Positions 8,650 to 18,129 of a stretch of 64,000 bases of DNA are shown here, one piece after another. Numbering within the stretch: the stretch's first letter is position 1; every line of letters begins with the position of its first letter. The notes beneath the pieces were generated by a model. It worked only from the letters and a program-made list of their open reading frames with translations, was not told the DNA's origin and made no database searches. Position numbers and translations under genes: made by a program. The stretch comes from an uncultured Draconibacterium sp. (lineage in GTDB: Bacteria > Bacteroidota > Bacteroidia > Bacteroidales > UBA12170), in assembly GCA_964293475.1 (NCBI GenBank), contig CAXYYJ010000014.1, positions 14,973-78,972 of the forward strand, read 5' to 3'.

Positions 8650-11322
8650 ATGAAGAATATTTTTTTATTCGTTTTTCTGACCCTTTTTTCCGGAGCCCTG
8701 ATGGCTCAAAGCGAAATGGTGGTTAAATTAGTTTCCCCAACAACAGCGCAAATGGATATCATTAAGGCTGCCAAATACGAGATTACCGCTCAGAGACCGG
8801 GCGAATATGTCGATTTTTTTGTTAGCCCTGACCAGTATCAAAGTCTTGCCAACCAGGGGTTTTCCTTAACAATCACTCAGACCCACGAGCAAAACAAAAT
8901 CAATCTTTCTGCTCAAAAAGATATTGCAGGCTATCAAACCTACGATGAAGTGGTGGAGTTTTTGCAGCAAATAGCAACAGATTATCCTGAGCTTTGTACC
9001 TTGACCGATATTGGCGACAGTTATGGAAAAATAGCCTTTGCCAATGGTGTGAATGGTTATGAGGACTATCAGCACGACATTTGGCTTCTCAAAATATCTG
9101 ACAATGTGAATGAATCGGAAGATGAGCCTGCGGTATATTTTATGGGAGCTCATCACGCGCGTGAACCCATTTCAACAGAAGTTGTTTGTGGAATTATTAG
9201 TCATTTAACCGACAATTATGGGTTTGATGATGAGATAACAGATATGATTAATGGAACAGAAATCTATATTGTTCCCATAGTAAATCCCGATGGTCATGAA
9301 GTAGTTCTGGACCAGCTCAATACCAACTGGCGCAAAAATGCTGCAGATGGCGATGGAAACGGGTTTTTTAACTATAACAGCGGAAGCTTCGATGGTGTTG
9401 ACCCTAATAGAAACTACGGATGGGAGTGGGGAGGCGATGGCTCTTCAGGCGATCAAACTGCTGAAACTTACCGTGGTTCTGTTCCGTTTTCCGAACCAGA
9501 AACTCAGGTTATGAGAGACTTGATGGCTTCGCACCATTTCACCACTGGAATTTCCTACCACAGCTATAGTGAGCTGGTTCTTTGGTCCTATGGCTATTCT
9601 CAGGACTGTTTAGCACCCGATAATTCTGCTTTGGTTGAATTGGGAACCCAAATGGCTATGAGCATCCCTAAAATTATAGGTTCCGGACATTATTATCCTG
9701 AGCAAGCCAACGATTTGTACAGCTCATCGGGAACTACCGACGACTGGGCTTATGGAAAACATGGCGTTTTTGCATTCACCGTGGAATTGGGTCAGGAATT
9801 TATTCCACCATCGCCACAGGTTCCTGCCATTGTTAGTGATAACATTCCAGCTGCCATGTTGCTCCTAAACCGCGTAAATCGTCAAACTCTCCGCGGACAT
9901 GTTTACGATGCAGCTACCAGCGAACCTGTGGTTGCGCAAATTGAAATAGCTGGAATAGATGGTTTGAACAGTCCCCGTGACCCTTATATGAGCGATGCTG
10001 AATTTGGAGCCTATTACCGCCTGCTTATGCCCGGAACAAAAACTGCCACTTTCTCAGCCTATGGCTATATTTCGCAAACAATTAGTGACCTGGAAATTCT
10101 CACCGATGAAGCCACTTATTTAGATGTTTATTTAGAAAAAGCGCCTTTTGGACCTGTTTTTGGGAGCGTACTCGATGGCTCAACCGGGTTGAATATTGAA
10201 GGGGCAGAAATAACTATTCAAAATACTCCATTATTGCCAGCCTACACCAATGCCGAAGGATATTACAACATGGACGAAGTGAGTTATGGTACCTATAATT
10301 TCATGGTTTCAAAACCAGGTTACTCTTATCTCATCAGCGAGCAAATCATCAGCGAAACCAATCATATTGTCAATTTTGTGTTGCTTCCCTCCGAAGCCAT
10401 TAGCTTTGAAGAAGGCGAATTTGGCGATGATTTTGCCATGAGCGGAAATCAACCCTGGGTTATCGATAATAATGTGAGCTGGGATGGAGATAATTCGGCC
10501 GCTTCGGGCAATATTGGCGATAGCCAGTCTTCGACCATGACATTAACAGTGAATGATTGTCTGGCCGGAGTTTTCAGCTTCTACAGAAAAGTATCGTCGG
10601 AAGATGGATACGATTTTCTGAAGTTTTATGTGGATGGCGTGGAACGCGACAGCTGGAGTGGACAAGCCGACTGGGCTAAAGTTGAGTTCCCCATTTCTGC
10701 CGGAAATCACCAGTTCAGATGGACCTATACCAAAGATTCCAATACCATTGGCGGATCGGATAAAGCCTGGGTAGATTATATTGAAGTTCCTGTGATGGCT
10801 ATTACCTTGGTCAACGCCGGCCCCGACCAAATCATTTGCAAAGACGAATTGGCATCGCTCAATGCCTTTGCCATGAATTATACCAGTTTACAATGGACTA
10901 CTTCGGGCGATGGGGTTTTTAGCGATGCAACCAGCCCCGCTTCATCGTATACACCTGGCACCAACGACATTGCAACTGGAACAGCCACTCTAACCATTGA
11001 AGCTCAGGGAACTCAAACCGCTACCGATGCCATGACCCTGACCATTGATGCATGTCTGGGTGCTCAGTTTTTGGAAAACCAACCTGTTTTCACTCTTCTG
11101 CCCAATCCTTCAACAGGAATGTTTTCGTTAGAGCTTAACAGTTCAGGAATTGAGAAAATTGAGATTTTTAGTGTTTCGGGCCAGTTGATTTATTCCCAAG
11201 CAACCGAATCCGCTACCAAAAACTTCAATATCGATGGAACATCGTGGGAGAAAGGCATTTATTTGGTTAAAATGACCAGCACCGAAGGCAGTTTTTCCAC
11301 CGAAAGAATGTTGATCCAATAA
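8650..11322 (+). CDS. M14 zinc carboxypeptidase with carboxypeptidase-regulatory-like repeats, beta-sandwich/PKD-like modules and T9SS CTD
   Basis: HHAREP (His/Glu Zn ligands), NPDG, RKN, GVDPNRNY, SYHSYSEL and FTVELG (catalytic Glu). Signal peptide from MKNIFLF (8650). LPNPS...KGIYLVK CTD. Confidence 0.9.
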   Translation: MKNIFLFVFLTLFSGALMAQSEMVVKLVSPTTAQMDIIKAAKYEITAQRPGEYVDFFVSPDQYQSLANQGFSLTITQTHEQNKINLSAQKDIAGYQTYDEVVEFLQQIATDYPELCTLTDIGDSYGKIAFANGVNGYEDYQHDIWLLKISDNVNESEDEPAVYFMGAHHAREPISTEVVCGIISHLTDNYGFDDEITDMINGTEIYIVPIVNPDGHEVVLDQLNTNWRKNAADGDGNGFFNYNSGSFDGVDPNRNYGWEWGGDGSSGDQTAETYRGSVPFSEPETQVMRDLMASHHFTTGISYHSYSELVLWSYGYSQDCLAPDNSALVELGTQMAMSIPKIIGSGHYYPEQANDLYSSSGTTDDWAYGKHGVFAFTVELGQEFIPPSPQVPAIVSDNIPAAMLLLNRVNRQTLRGHVYDAATSEPVVAQIEIAGIDGLNSPRDPYMSDAEFGAYYRLLMPGTKTATFSAYGYISQTISDLEILTDEATYLDVYLEKAPFGPVFGSVLDGSTGLNIEGAEITIQNTPLLPAYTNAEGYYNMDEVSYGTYNFMVSKPGYSYLISEQIISETNHIVNFVLLPSEAISFEEGEFGDDFAMSGNQPWVIDNNVSWDGDNSAASGNIGDSQSSTMTLTVNDCLAGVFSFYRKVSSEDGYDFLKFYVDGVERDSWSGQADWAKVEFPISAGNHQFRWTYTKDSNTIGGSDKAWVDYIEVPVMAITLVNAGPDQIICKDELASLNAFAMNYTSLQWTTSGDGVFSDATSPASSYTPGTNDIATGTATLTIEAQGTQTATDAMTLTIDACLGAQFLENQPVFTLLPNPSTGMFSLELNSSGIEKIEIFSVSGQLIYSQATESATKNFNIDGTSWEKGIYLVKMTSTEGSFSTERMLIQ

Positions 11323-11343
11323 GATTTAAAAAAAGAATTAATG

Positions 11344-11379
11344 AAAAAGCCCTTCAATCTTTCGGATGAAGGGCTTTTT
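11344..11379. terminator. Bidirectional intrinsic terminator between M14 peptidase and dnaK
   Basis: AAAAAGCCCTTCA-ATCTTTCGGA-TGAAGGGCTTTTT. Confidence 0.85.
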
Positions 11380-11398
11380 GGGTTTTATAGAAGGACAA

Positions 11399-13309
11399 TT
11401 ATTTCACTTCTTCGAAGTCTACATCGGTAACTTCGTCTTGTCCGCCGGCTTTTTGACCGCCTTGCGACGATTGGCCGGGATTGGGGTTGGCACCTGTCTG
11501 CTGCTCGTTGGGCTGCTGATACATGTGCTGGCTGGCTTCCTGCCAAATTTGATTCAGCGTGGCCATATGAGCGTCGATACCAGCAAAGTCTCTTTTTTGG
11601 TGAGCCTCTTTTAAATCGGCAGCGGCTTTTTCAATGCCAGCTTTTTTGTCGGCGGGAAGTTTATCGCCATACTCTTTCAGCTGTTTCTCGGTTTGAAAAA
11701 CCAGACTATCGGCCTGATTGAGCTTGTCGGCTTCCTCTTTCATTTTTCTGTCCACATCGGCATTGGCTTCGGCTTCCTGTTTCATGCGTTTGATTTCGTC
11801 GTCGCTGAGACCCGAAGAAGCTTCAATTCTGATGCTTTGTTGTTTGCCGGTTCCTTTGTCTTTGGCACTTACGTGCAGAATACCGTTGGCATCGATATCG
11901 AAGGTAACTTCGATTTGCGGCACGCCACGTGGTGCTGGTGGAACTCCGTCGAGGTGGAAACGACCAAGGCTCTTGTTTTGATTGGCCATGGGGCGCTCGC
12001 CCTGAAGGATATGAATCTCAACCGAAGGCTGATTGTCGCTGGCGGTGGAGAAAGTCTCCGATTTCTTGATTGGAATGGTTGTGTTCGACTCAATCATTTT
12101 GGTCATAACACCACCAAGGGTTTCGATACCCATGCTTAGCGGAGTAACATCCAAAAGCAGTACGTCTTTCACGTCGCCCGAAAGCACACCCCCTTGAATA
12201 CAAGCACCTACAGCAACTACTTCGTCAGGATTTACACCTTTGGAAGGCTCTTTGCCAAAGAACTTCTTCACCACTTCCTGAATGGCAGGAATACGGGTGG
12301 ATCCCCCAACAAGAATTACTTCGTCCACGTCGGCCGCTGTCATGCCGGCATCTTTCAAAGCCTGACGACAAGGTTCAATGGTTCTCTCCACCAAACTGTG
12401 AGTGATTTGGTCGAATTTAGAACGGGTTAATTTCTTTACCAAGTGTTTTGGAACACCGTCAACTGGCATGATATAAGGCAGGTTGATTTCGGTTTCAGAG
12501 GATGAAGAGAGCTCAATCTTAGCTTTTTCTGCGGCTTCTTTCAAGCGTTGCAGTGCCATGGGGTCTTTCTTCAAATCCACACCTTCATCATTTTTAAATT
12601 CCTGAGCCAACCAGTCGATAATCACCTGATCGAAATCATCACCACCAAGGTGGGTATCGCCGTTGGTCGATTTTACTTCGAAAACGCCGTCGCCCAGTTC
12701 GAGGATGGAAATATCGAAAGTACCGCCGCCCAAGTCGTATACGGCAATTTTCTGATCGATGTTTTTCTTGTCTAATCCATAAGCCAAAGCCGCAGCTGTG
12801 GGCTCGTTGATAATTCTTCTCACAATGAGACCGGCAATTTCTCCGGCTTCTTTGGTGGCTTGACGTTGGCTGTCGCTAAAATAAGCTGGAACTGTAATAA
12901 CAGCTTCAGTAACTTCCTGACCAAGAAAATCTTCTGCAGTTTTTTTCATTTTCTGCAAAATCATGGCCGAAATTTCCTGAGGTGAATATTTACGATCGTC
13001 GATTTGAACGCGGGGTGTATTGTTGTCGCCTTTTACCACTTCGTAGGGCACGCGGCTTTTTTCCATTTGCACTCTGTCGAAGGTTTCGCCCATAAATCTC
13101 TTAATAGAGAAAATGGTTTTTCTTGGGTTTGTAATCGCCTGACGTTTAGCAGGATCGCCCACTTTTCGCTCTCCATTTTCGGTAAAAGCTACAATTGATG
13201 GAGTGGTTCTGCGACCTTCGCTGTTTTGAATAACAACTGGTTCATTACCTTCCATAACTGCAACGCAGCTGTTGGTTGTACCTAAGTCTATTCCAATAAT
13301 TTTTCCCAT
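11399..13309 (-). CDS. dnaK: Molecular chaperone DnaK (Hsp70)
   Basis: [43 protein letters not shown] motifs; C-terminal DVDFEEVK. Confidence 0.99.
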   Translation of the reverse strand: MGKIIGIDLGTTNSCVAVMEGNEPVVIQNSEGRRTTPSIVAFTENGERKVGDPAKRQAITNPRKTIFSIKRFMGETFDRVQMEKSRVPYEVVKGDNNTPRVQIDDRKYSPQEISAMILQKMKKTAEDFLGQEVTEAVITVPAYFSDSQRQATKEAGEIAGLIVRRIINEPTAAALAYGLDKKNIDQKIAVYDLGGGTFDISILELGDGVFEVKSTNGDTHLGGDDFDQVIIDWLAQEFKNDEGVDLKKDPMALQRLKEAAEKAKIELSSSSETEINLPYIMPVDGVPKHLVKKLTRSKFDQITHSLVERTIEPCRQALKDAGMTAADVDEVILVGGSTRIPAIQEVVKKFFGKEPSKGVNPDEVVAVGACIQGGVLSGDVKDVLLLDVTPLSMGIETLGGVMTKMIESNTTIPIKKSETFSTASDNQPSVEIHILQGERPMANQNKSLGRFHLDGVPPAPRGVPQIEVTFDIDANGILHVSAKDKGTGKQQSIRIEASSGLSDDEIKRMKQEAEANADVDRKMKEEADKLNQADSLVFQTEKQLKEYGDKLPADKKAGIEKAAADLKEAHQKRDFAGIDAHMATLNQIWQEASQHMYQQPNEQQTGANPNPGQSSQGGQKAGGQDEVTDVDFEEVK

Positions 13310-13316
13310 TTTTTGT

Positions 13317-13323
13317 CTCCTTT
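13317..13323 (-). promoter_or_regulatory. Shine-Dalgarno-like site AAAGGAG of dnaK
   Basis: 7 nt upstream of ATG 13309. Confidence 0.55.
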
Positions 13324-13379
13324 GTATATTTTAATGTTTTTATAATTTCTTTAAAATCACTGTTTTTCTAAGCCAATGG

Positions 13380-13394
13380 TCAATATCTATGCCA
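13380..13394 (-). promoter_or_regulatory. Sigma54-like -24/-12 promoter of dnaK (TGGCATAGATATTGA)
   Basis: TGGCA-N6-TTG with GG-N10-GA spacing; near-identical element upstream of hsp20; no TAnnTTTG between it and the ATG. Confidence 0.6.
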
Positions 13395-13650
13395 AAGGCG
13401 GGATGGCAATTTTGTTGTCATTAATTGTGTCAAAAAGGCAGAAGCTTAAAACAACTATTTTACATTAAGTCATATTTTGTCTGGAAAAATCGACAATATA
13501 TGGACAGAATTTCATCATTCTTATTCTTGCTACTGGATTTTAAATGAGTGCTTTTATGTTTCGGGGGGGGCGATGATTTTTAACAGTTCAGAAAATTTTT
13601 AATTCTGGAATCTCCAGTTTTTTAAATGCATATTTGTATCAGAAATTGTT

Positions 13651-15384
13651 TTGAATGATGAAGTCATGGTAAGGAGTAACGAAATAAAAATAGGAAATAT
13701 AGCAGTTGGTGGGGAAAATAGTATCGTCTTACAATCCATGACTTCCACTTCCACCAAAGACATTGGGGCCACCTATGAGCAGGTAATCAGATTGATAGAA
13801 GCGGGCGCCCATTTGGTGAGAATTACTGCACGTGACCTGGAAGAAGCTGATAATATTGGAACCATAAAACAAATGTTGCTGAAAGCCGGGCATGATATTC
13901 CCTTAGTTGCCGATATTCATTTTAATGCAAAAATTGCCGACAGAGCAGCAACATTAATAGAGAAAGTGCGGATAAATCCGGGAAACTATCTCGATAAAAG
14001 AACTGGGAAAATTCAGTGGACAGAGGATGAATATCGCCAAGAGCTTGAGAATATTAGGATAAGATTGAGCCAATTGGTTGAAATCTGTAAAGCCCATGGA
14101 ACAGCAATAAGAATTGGGGTGAATCATGGAAGCTTGTCGGAGCGCATAGTTAGTAAATATGGCGATTCTCCTTTGGGAATGGCCGAAGCTGCCCTGGAGT
14201 TTGCCCAGATATTTCAAGAGCTCGATTTTCACAAATTGATTATTTCGCTTAAAGCCAGCAATGTGGGAGTGATGGTAGCAGCCAATGAGATTTTTGTGGA
14301 AAAGGCAAAAATCAAAGGATTGAATTATCCGCTGCATTTGGGTGTTACCGAAGCGGGGAATGATGAAGATGGAAGAATTAAATCGGCCTTGGGAATTGGC
14401 TATCTCTTGAGTTGTGGAATTGGTGAAACCATTCGGGTATCGCTCACCGAAGAGCCTGAAGTGGAAATTCCTGTTGCCAGAAAAATTGTAGAAATTGCTC
14501 AAAAAAATCTTTGGCTTAACAATATTTCGGTCACTTCAATCTATTCGCGGCGGAAAAGTTTGCCAGTACTAAATATTGGTAATCAACTAATTCCAATGGT
14601 CATTGAGACTGGAAAGGGTGAGAATATTACCACTGAAGCTGATTATTTGGTGGACAAGGGGAGCTTGGTTTGGGAATCTAAATCCGGTATAATTTTCCCC
14701 TTGAGCTGGTCAGAATTTTTGACTCATGAACCCGTTAACGAAAAGAATTTCTATGTGACACTGAATCCGCTAACATTCACCGATGCTCAGTTATCCTTAC
14801 TAAAGCAGAAGCAATTGGTGGTATTGGTGATTCATAAAACCCCCGAAAAACCTGTTCAGGCAGTTCATGATTTAATGAAGAGAATAGAACAGTTGGGAGT
14901 TGAAAACCCAGTTGTGCTCAGAATAGACAGCGAAGAAAAAGACTATGAAAACCTGATGCTCGAAGCTACCATTTTGTCCGGTCCCTTTTTGCTTCATGGT
15001 CTTTTGGATGGCTTGTGGATAAATTCCCCCGGTTTTAATACGGCATCCATAAGTTTTGGTATACTGCAGGCCAGCCGTCAGCGCATAAGCAAAACAGAGT
15101 ATATCGCTTGCCCTTCCTGCGGTCGGACTCTTTTTGATATCCAGGAAAAGCTGCGTGAGATACAATTGAAAACCAGGTCGATGGCGGGTTTGAAAATTGC
15201 AGTGATGGGTTGTATAGTTAATGGTCTGGGTGAAATGGCCGACGCCGACTACGGTTATGTGGGAGCAGGCCCGGGCAAGGTAAATATTTATCACCGCCAC
15301 GAACTCATCAAAAAAAATATACCACAGGATCAGGCAGCGGACGAGCTATTATCGCTTATTGACGAAACATATATTATTAATTGA
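13651..15384 (+). CDS. ispG: 4-hydroxy-3-methylbut-2-en-1-yl diphosphate synthase IspG (long form)
   Basis: QSMTS, PLVADIHF, RINPGN, RIGVNHGSL, PLHLGVTEAG, CPSCGRT, VMGCIVNG.GE (4Fe-4S Cys). Exact start uncertain (TTG 13651 or ATG 13666). Confidence 0.95.
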   Translation: MNDEVMVRSNEIKIGNIAVGGENSIVLQSMTSTSTKDIGATYEQVIRLIEAGAHLVRITARDLEEADNIGTIKQMLLKAGHDIPLVADIHFNAKIADRAATLIEKVRINPGNYLDKRTGKIQWTEDEYRQELENIRIRLSQLVEICKAHGTAIRIGVNHGSLSERIVSKYGDSPLGMAEAALEFAQIFQELDFHKLIISLKASNVGVMVAANEIFVEKAKIKGLNYPLHLGVTEAGNDEDGRIKSALGIGYLLSCGIGETIRVSLTEEPEVEIPVARKIVEIAQKNLWLNNISVTSIYSRRKSLPVLNIGNQLIPMVIETGKGENITTEADYLVDKGSLVWESKSGIIFPLSWSEFLTHEPVNEKNFYVTLNPLTFTDAQLSLLKQKQLVVLVIHKTPEKPVQAVHDLMKRIEQLGVENPVVLRIDSEEKDYENLMLEATILSGPFLLHGLLDGLWINSPGFNTASISFGILQASRQRISKTEYIACPSCGRTLFDIQEKLREIQLKTRSMAGLKIAVMGCIVNGLGEMADADYGYVGAGPGKVNIYHRHELIKKNIPQDQAADELLSLIDETYIIN

Positions 15385-15408
15385 AGCAGTGAATAGTTAA
15401 ACCTTAAA

Positions 15409-16485
15409 ATGGCGAGCATGAAAAATATACTATTGGTAATCTTTGGAACTTTTTTGCTGGTTTCGGTAAATATTGCACAAAACATTCAGTTGATACATCA
15501 AAACCATCTCCTGCAGAATGGCGAAGAAATTATTCTATTGGGACAATCTGATTTATTCGATATGGCCATTGATTTGGAAGTGAAAAACAATACGCTGAAT
15601 ACGGCCAGCATTAGTTGTAAGCGCTATGAGCTCGATACTCTCACCATGTCGGCGCTATATATGTGCTGGGCCAATTGTACTGTTTTGCCTTTTGGAGGCA
15701 CTGTTACTCTGGGTCCGCAGGAATCATCGGAATTGTTTAGTGCCCACATCAATCCCAATGGACATTTTGGGGTTGAAAGGAATCTTTATACTTTCTACAA
15801 CGAGCAAAATCCTGCCGACAGTATGAGTTTTATTGCCGTTTTTACAACCACAGATTTTGTCCCCGTGGATGAGCAAGGTGAGCCAATGATTCATCAATCG
15901 GTTGAGTTTTGGGGAACGCCCGAAGCAGAAATTGCCTTTGACGGATTTTTTCTTAGCAATTTGAGTGAAAATGAATTGGAGATTGTGGTGGAACAGGAAA
16001 TTGTTGAATTGGCCGATGGAGCGGAGGTGAGTTTTCAGTGGGGAGGCTCAACATATAATCAACTTTCGCAACCGGTAAATTTGCCGGCATTTTCTATTGA
16101 TTCTTCTTTTTCTGTTGATTATCATGCGGGTTCTGCATTGGGAATCAGTATTTTAAAGTATCATTTTTTCGAGGAATCTAACCCCGAAAATGCTCATCAA
16201 CTCACATTGATTTTTAATACAACATCGGTAGGCCTGGCAGAGTCTGAAACAGAAAATTTTAGGGTTTATCCCAATCCATCCCTCGGGATGCTATTTTTTG
16301 ATTTCGGGAATGTGATGCAGGATGGCGAGCTTCAGATTTTCAATTCATTGGGAAGTCTTATTACTCAAGCACCCATTTATGGTTCTAATGGCGTTTTGAC
16401 CATTCAATTGGCATCTGGTCAGTATTTTTGCAGAGTGATGCGGAAAAATGGGCAGAGTGAATCGAAAAAAATTGTCATCTACTAA
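15409..16485 (+). CDS. Secreted protein with two Ig-like repeats and T9SS CTD
   Basis: Signal peptide; two roughly 120-aa repeats ending (T/H)F(Y/F)(N/E)E..NP.(D/N); RVYPNP...IFNSLG...GQYFCRV..KKIVIY CTD. Confidence 0.65.
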   Translation: MASMKNILLVIFGTFLLVSVNIAQNIQLIHQNHLLQNGEEIILLGQSDLFDMAIDLEVKNNTLNTASISCKRYELDTLTMSALYMCWANCTVLPFGGTVTLGPQESSELFSAHINPNGHFGVERNLYTFYNEQNPADSMSFIAVFTTTDFVPVDEQGEPMIHQSVEFWGTPEAEIAFDGFFLSNLSENELEIVVEQEIVELADGAEVSFQWGGSTYNQLSQPVNLPAFSIDSSFSVDYHAGSALGISILKYHFFEESNPENAHQLTLIFNTTSVGLAESETENFRVYPNPSLGMLFFDFGNVMQDGELQIFNSLGSLITQAPIYGSNGVLTIQLASGQYFCRVMRKNGQSESKKIVIY

Positions 16486-16649
16486 ATCATTCTGTTAAAA
16501 AGCGGATTATTATTAATTGTTGAAAATTTTCGGCCCTAAGCTTCAAACGTTTGCGGAATTGGGATAATACTATAAAATGCTGATATACAGTATTTTAAAT
16601 TCATTGAAAATATTCGCTATTATTTCAACTTTTCTCATTGGGATTCTTT

Positions 16650-16657
16650 TAAATTTG
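16650..16657 (+). promoter_or_regulatory. Bacteroidota -7 element (TAAATTTG), probable trkAH promoter
   Basis: Exact TAnnTTTG match about 125 nt upstream of the trkA ATG. Confidence 0.45.
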
Positions 16658-16782
16658 GAATTTGTATTATGCTTGTGATGGCGAGAAATGTTGTTTCTCT
16701 ATATTGCCTGGCAACGGTTTTATACAAAGCCAATCCCACGGGGGAAAAGAATCAGATACATCGCTTTTAAAAGATAAAGCCC

Positions 16783-18126
16783 ATGAAAATAATCATAGCA
16801 GGAGATGGAGAAGTTGGATTGCATTTGGCGAAACTTTTGGCTGATGATAACCATAATATTACCTTTATCGATCCGCATGAGGATATTATAAATACAGTAT
16901 CTGCCCACACCGATTTAATGCCTTTGGTGGGTAGCTCCATTTCTGTTGATGTTCTTGAGGATGCCAATGTTAAAAATGCCGATTTGCTTATTGCTGTGCT
17001 TCACGATGAAGCCATTAATTTGCTAACTGCCATCCTTGGGAAGAAACTGGGGGCAAAAAAGACCATTGCGCGAATATCGAACCCAGAGTTTTTGAGTAAC
17101 AGGAATAAAGCTTTATTTTTGGAAAAAGGGGTCGATATTCTTATCAATCCAGAGCATGTGGTTGCAAATGAAGTGGTTCAATTGCTCAAGCAAACTGCGG
17201 CCACCGAAATATTTGAATTCTCGGGGGGAAAGCTTCAGTTGTTTCTTATAAAACTCGACAAACAGGCCTTGGTGGTGAATAAAACCCTCACTCAGATTGC
17301 AGCAGAATTTCCAAAACTCGATTTTAGAGCCGTCGCCATTCATAGGAAGCGTCAAACATTTATCCCCAGCGGAAACGATTATTTTCTCGAAGGCGATTTA
17401 GCCTATGTTATCACAAAACCGGGTGGAGTTGAGCTTCTTCTCGAATTGGGTGGAAAAGAGAATTACAATATCAGAGATATTATGCTCGTAGGCGGAGGTC
17501 GAATTGGCCGGTTAACTGCTGCGCAACTTCAGCATAGCTTAAATATCAAACTTTTCGAAATAGATCCCAAAAGAGCTATGGCATTAACTCATGAACTCGA
17601 TAAAACCCTGATTATTAATGGAGATGCGCGTGATATGGATTTACTGGAAGACGAGGGAATAAGAGAAATGGATGCCTTTATAGCAGCTACCAATCATACC
17701 GAAACCAATATTCTTACCTGTCTGCATGCCAAAAGCCTGGGAATAAAGAAAACCATTGCTCTGGTTGAGAATATTGAGTATATAGATATTGCGCAAAACA
17801 TTGGTATTGATACCATTATCAATAAAAAACTCACAACGGCAAGTGCCATAAACCTGTACACCATGGATGCTCAGGTAACCACGGTGAAATGTCTAAGCGG
17901 AATCAATGCCGATGTGATTGAGCTGGTTGCCATGCCCAAATCGTACGTCACAAAAAAACCACTGAAAAATTTAGTAGTTCCTGAAGGAAGTATTATTGGC
18001 GGAATTATCAGGGCAAATGAAGGCTATATTGCCACCGGCGATTTCCAATTGCAGGAAGGTGATAAAGCCGTAGTTTTTGCGCTTCCACATGCCATTCATA
18101 AAGTAAACAAACTTTTTAAAAGCTAA
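16783..18126 (+). CDS. trkA: Trk potassium uptake system NAD-binding (RCK) subunit TrkA
   Basis: Two RCK_N/RCK_C units; IAGDGEVG and VGGGRIG Rossmann motifs; adjacent to trkH. Confidence 0.95.
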   Translation: MKIIIAGDGEVGLHLAKLLADDNHNITFIDPHEDIINTVSAHTDLMPLVGSSISVDVLEDANVKNADLLIAVLHDEAINLLTAILGKKLGAKKTIARISNPEFLSNRNKALFLEKGVDILINPEHVVANEVVQLLKQTAATEIFEFSGGKLQLFLIKLDKQALVVNKTLTQIAAEFPKLDFRAVAIHRKRQTFIPSGNDYFLEGDLAYVITKPGGVELLLELGGKENYNIRDIMLVGGGRIGRLTAAQLQHSLNIKLFEIDPKRAMALTHELDKTLIINGDARDMDLLEDEGIREMDAFIAATNHTETNILTCLHAKSLGIKKTIALVENIEYIDIAQNIGIDTIINKKLTTASAINLYTMDAQVTTVKCLSGINADVIELVAMPKSYVTKKPLKNLVVPEGSIIGGIIRANEGYIATGDFQLQEGDKAVVFALPHAIHKVNKLFKS

Positions 18127-18129
18127 GAA

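Noticed and set aside
11366-13198. Several antisense ORFs opposite dnaK (82-148 aa)
   Set aside because: Known shadow-frame effect of dnaK codon usage; fragmented here, with no independent start context.
13380-13420. CIRCE/HrcA operator at dnaK (TGCCA-N9-TGGCA inverted repeat)
   Set aside because: The N9 spacing matches but the arms do not match TTAGCACTC, and no equivalent repeat is present at hsp20.
16577-16678. 33-aa hydrophobic ORF (MLIYSILNSLKIFAIISTFLIGILLNLEFVLCL) upstream of trkA, KdpF-like idea
   Set aside because: AT-rich DNA readily gives Ile/Leu/Phe ORFs, and the probable trkA -7 element lies inside it.
16777-16790. AAGCCCATGA(A) repeated at 16777, 45821 and 52560
   Set aside because: About 10-bp matches in unrelated contexts, one inside a CDS; consistent with chance.
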